Source: Podarcis melisellensis (Eukaryota). Taken from it: 64,000 bases of DNA. A program made the translations under genes and the position numbers. The first letter of the stretch is position 1, and the number at the start of each line of letters is the position of its first letter. This document shows positions 61,401-64,000 of this stretch, piece after piece. A model generated the notes under the pieces. The model did not search any database. It was not told where the DNA came from and was given only the letters and a program-made list of their open reading frames with translations. The DNA lies in assembly GCA_964234715.1 (NCBI GenBank), contig OZ174277.1; one strand, given 5' to 3'.

Positions 61401-64000
61401 GCAATCACAATTGTGCTTCACACTGCTACAAGAGAGTAAGAATCTGTCTTCCAAATCTCTCTCTTCAACAAGGTCATCTTATATTCTTGTCATTATGCAT
61501 CCACACTTTCTCGTGGTCTTTCAGGCCCAAAATCCAGATGCAGAGGGTGGAGTGCTTGGGACCAGCAAAGATGCTCCATGTTGTCTTGGTCCTGTGCTAC
61601 CTTATGAAACATCCAAACCTTACTGTATGTTGAAGGATTTCAGTGTGGAGTGAGGTGTGAACAGGGTGTGGGGGGATCTGTTTTGGGTTGAGTGCTCAGT
61701 GCAGAGCAGAGATTCTGTATTTCAGTGTGGGTCTTTATGCTCTTGGCCCAACAGATGCCATTTTTAAACACTATAGAATTGTGGAGTTTATAGTGATGGA
61801 ATCTTATTTTTGCTGCTCACTTTAATTATAGAAGCATCTTCACGCTTCTATAATACAGTCCATTAATGAGGCCTCAGTGTTGGGGATTCTCAACCATTTT
61901 CTACATTTCTCTTTCTCCATCTCTACCTTGCACAGAAGGACAAGGAGGCAGGGACCATGAACCAGCACCGGCAACAAAGGGTGGATTTGTGTTTGCATCA
62001 TACGAGCAAGCTGAGTTTTCATTTCCTATCTCCTTGTGTGGCACTCAGAAACTAGTGAGCTAGTGAAAGTATGCATATTCCCACCCCTTTCTGAAATATT
62101 TAATTTGTTATTACTTGTCTGTGTTACTTTAAATCCAAATTCGTCCGCTGCAGAGTCTCTCTGGCTTCAAGGACTCCTGGCAAAGCTAAAGCACTGTGAA
62201 CCTGGCCATCAGGCCATGGCTACTGAAAAACAAACAGACGGGAATGCTGTCTGGAAACATGCGGTATGCAACAATGATTAGCACTGAGTAGGAAGCCAAG
62301 CAGGACCATAGCTTCATTAGGAAAGCATTGTGGAAAAGTAAGGTAGTGCTACTGTATTAGTGTGCCTGTGCCTGTGCCTGTGTGCAAAAAGAGAAGCAGA
62401 GGGTACAGAGGCCACCATCTGACCAACTCGAAATAGCTCTCCAGCATACAAATGATCTCCTTTCTTGGCTCCCTCTCCACTTCGTTTCTATTTTTCCTCC
62501 ATATTCTTTGCACATAACATTCATGCCCATAACCCTGGAGCCACATGTTATAATAAGCTCACTACTCTGCTACTCTACACCCAATTCCACCTACTAGATG
62601 TCAGTGTTTTATGGTTCCCATTAGGCTTACCTTAGAGGGCAAAGGAGAAACAAATTACTTGCAAATTACTTTAAGTGGGGATTTGTTTTAGAGCAGCAGT
62701 GCAGGATTGCGTCATTCTTCCAAGCTCCTGAGCCCTAGGATGGCACAAGAGGACCAACTACTAGCTCATCTTTTGCGCTTTCCCTGGCAGAATGGTGCAC
62801 GTCAAACTACATGTCATGTGGTTCACCTTTCCCTGGATTTATGGTCAGAGATATTTATTTGTATTTCCATTGCACAAATACAGATCCCTTTAGAGGGTCA
62901 AAGCAACTGTGATGTTTATTGTGTGAGTACAATTAAGATGCATGTCCCCACCCCACCCCCATGCATTTATGGAAATAGAAATTGTGAGAGAGCCTGAAAA
63001 GTGTCAAGGGTACAGGAGATGGAGAGGGAAAGTTTAACCCATTCAGGATCCTTTTCCTTCACACCTTGATCCAGTTGAAAATCCTCTAGCTGTTGTTCAA
63101 ATATGGAAGGTGTTAGAAAAGCAATGGCAAGGGATCACACTGAAAGGTGTAGGCTGAACGTGAATTTGTTCCAGAGTTTTAAAGCAGCTAGTAGTGCAGG
63201 GGCCGCACAGGGTGCAGTGACAACTGACAACTCTGGCTGCATCTAGAGAGGCCTTTAAACTGGGGGAATATTCCTTAATAACCAGATGGAGCCAAAGAAG
63301 TTTCCTTCACCCTGGGTTTCTTGTGTATAGAAAGGTTAGCATGCTCAGTGTGTTCTAGTTGTTGTGATAGTTTCATTCTCTTGGAATCTGGTCAGATATG
63401 CTGACTAGTTGTTGAATCAGTGGACTCTGTACACTGTTAGGTCCCATCCAGACATGCCCACAAAATCCACAAATATCAATCAATTTGTCCCCGTACCTTT
63501 GCGGCTTATATTCAGATGTGATTTTAACCCAAGGTTCCCACATCAATTCTCTCTGTTTTCTACTCTTTGCTGTTCCAGCCTCTGCAGAAACTGCTCCACA
63601 TCCAAAATGCCCACATAAAACCAAACTGCAAAAATTTGACAAGCGCATTCATGGAAAACTGGCAGGGATGCTTTGAAAGAAGAGCAGGTATCCTTTTGGG
63701 ATTTTCAAAAGGTAGGGAGACCTTGGATTTAGCAGGGATAAAGTTTGGGACAGTAGCTGTATGGACAAGAGTAAATTAAAGGACACAAATGGTGTACATA
63801 TTCAATATTAAGCTGAGGTGTGGATGGGCCCTTGTTTACAGCAACCTTCCTGTTTATAACTCACTTTGCCAAGCTCTTTGCTTTCTGGATCCAGTCTGTT
63901 TTGTTCAGTCACTTTTGCTAAGAAATGAAGCCTTCACTGATGCCAATGAAGGCTTCCGTCTTGATGCAGATAACAACTTGGAGGAGAGAAGCAGTTTTCC

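Noticed and set aside
604-63779. Remaining 60-120 aa ORFs in the track
   Set aside because: Lengths are as expected by chance with alternative start codons; the only recognisable motifs belong to decayed L2, CR1 or RTE ORFs.

Overview
This is AT-rich vertebrate genomic DNA from a squamate, probably a lacertid lizard, judged by Sauria SINE copies, a Squam3B-type SINE with a (CTT)n tail and RTE-BovB. It holds one convincing host coding exon, which the ORF track misses. On the minus strand, inside the only CpG island (~52.7-53.7 kb), 53376->53244 encodes MTRPALPPLLVLAALLSRCGAQVLQPPPQQQQQQHQQQAAPQQR+G. That is a signal peptide plus a Gln-rich segment ending in a phase-1 GT donor, matching the architecture of laminin alpha-2 (LAMA2) exon 1 (human ...QAQRPQQQRQSQAHQQR|GLFP). 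I could not find exon 2, so 1-53243 is read as part of a very large intron 1 and 53.7-64 kb as upstream sequence. The rest is a layered record of transposable elements: L2, CR1 and RTE/BovB LINE fragments, tRNA-derived SINEs, Tigger/pogo, Tc2-like and hAT MITEs, possible solo LTRs and microsatellites. I found no compelling novel multi-gene system. The most unusual objects are (i) a composite insertion at 32.3-33.0 kb made of a perfect fold-back palindrome, a 3'-truncated BovB and a CpG-rich hairpin minisatellite, (ii) a structured retroelement end at 40.4-40.6 kb with a partial, non-canonical HDV-like ribozyme topology, and (iii) a coding (CCG)3(CAG)6 repeat at the predicted mature N-terminus of laminin alpha-2. 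Repeat family names come from recalled consensus sequences, not from a database search, and boundaries of old elements are approximate.
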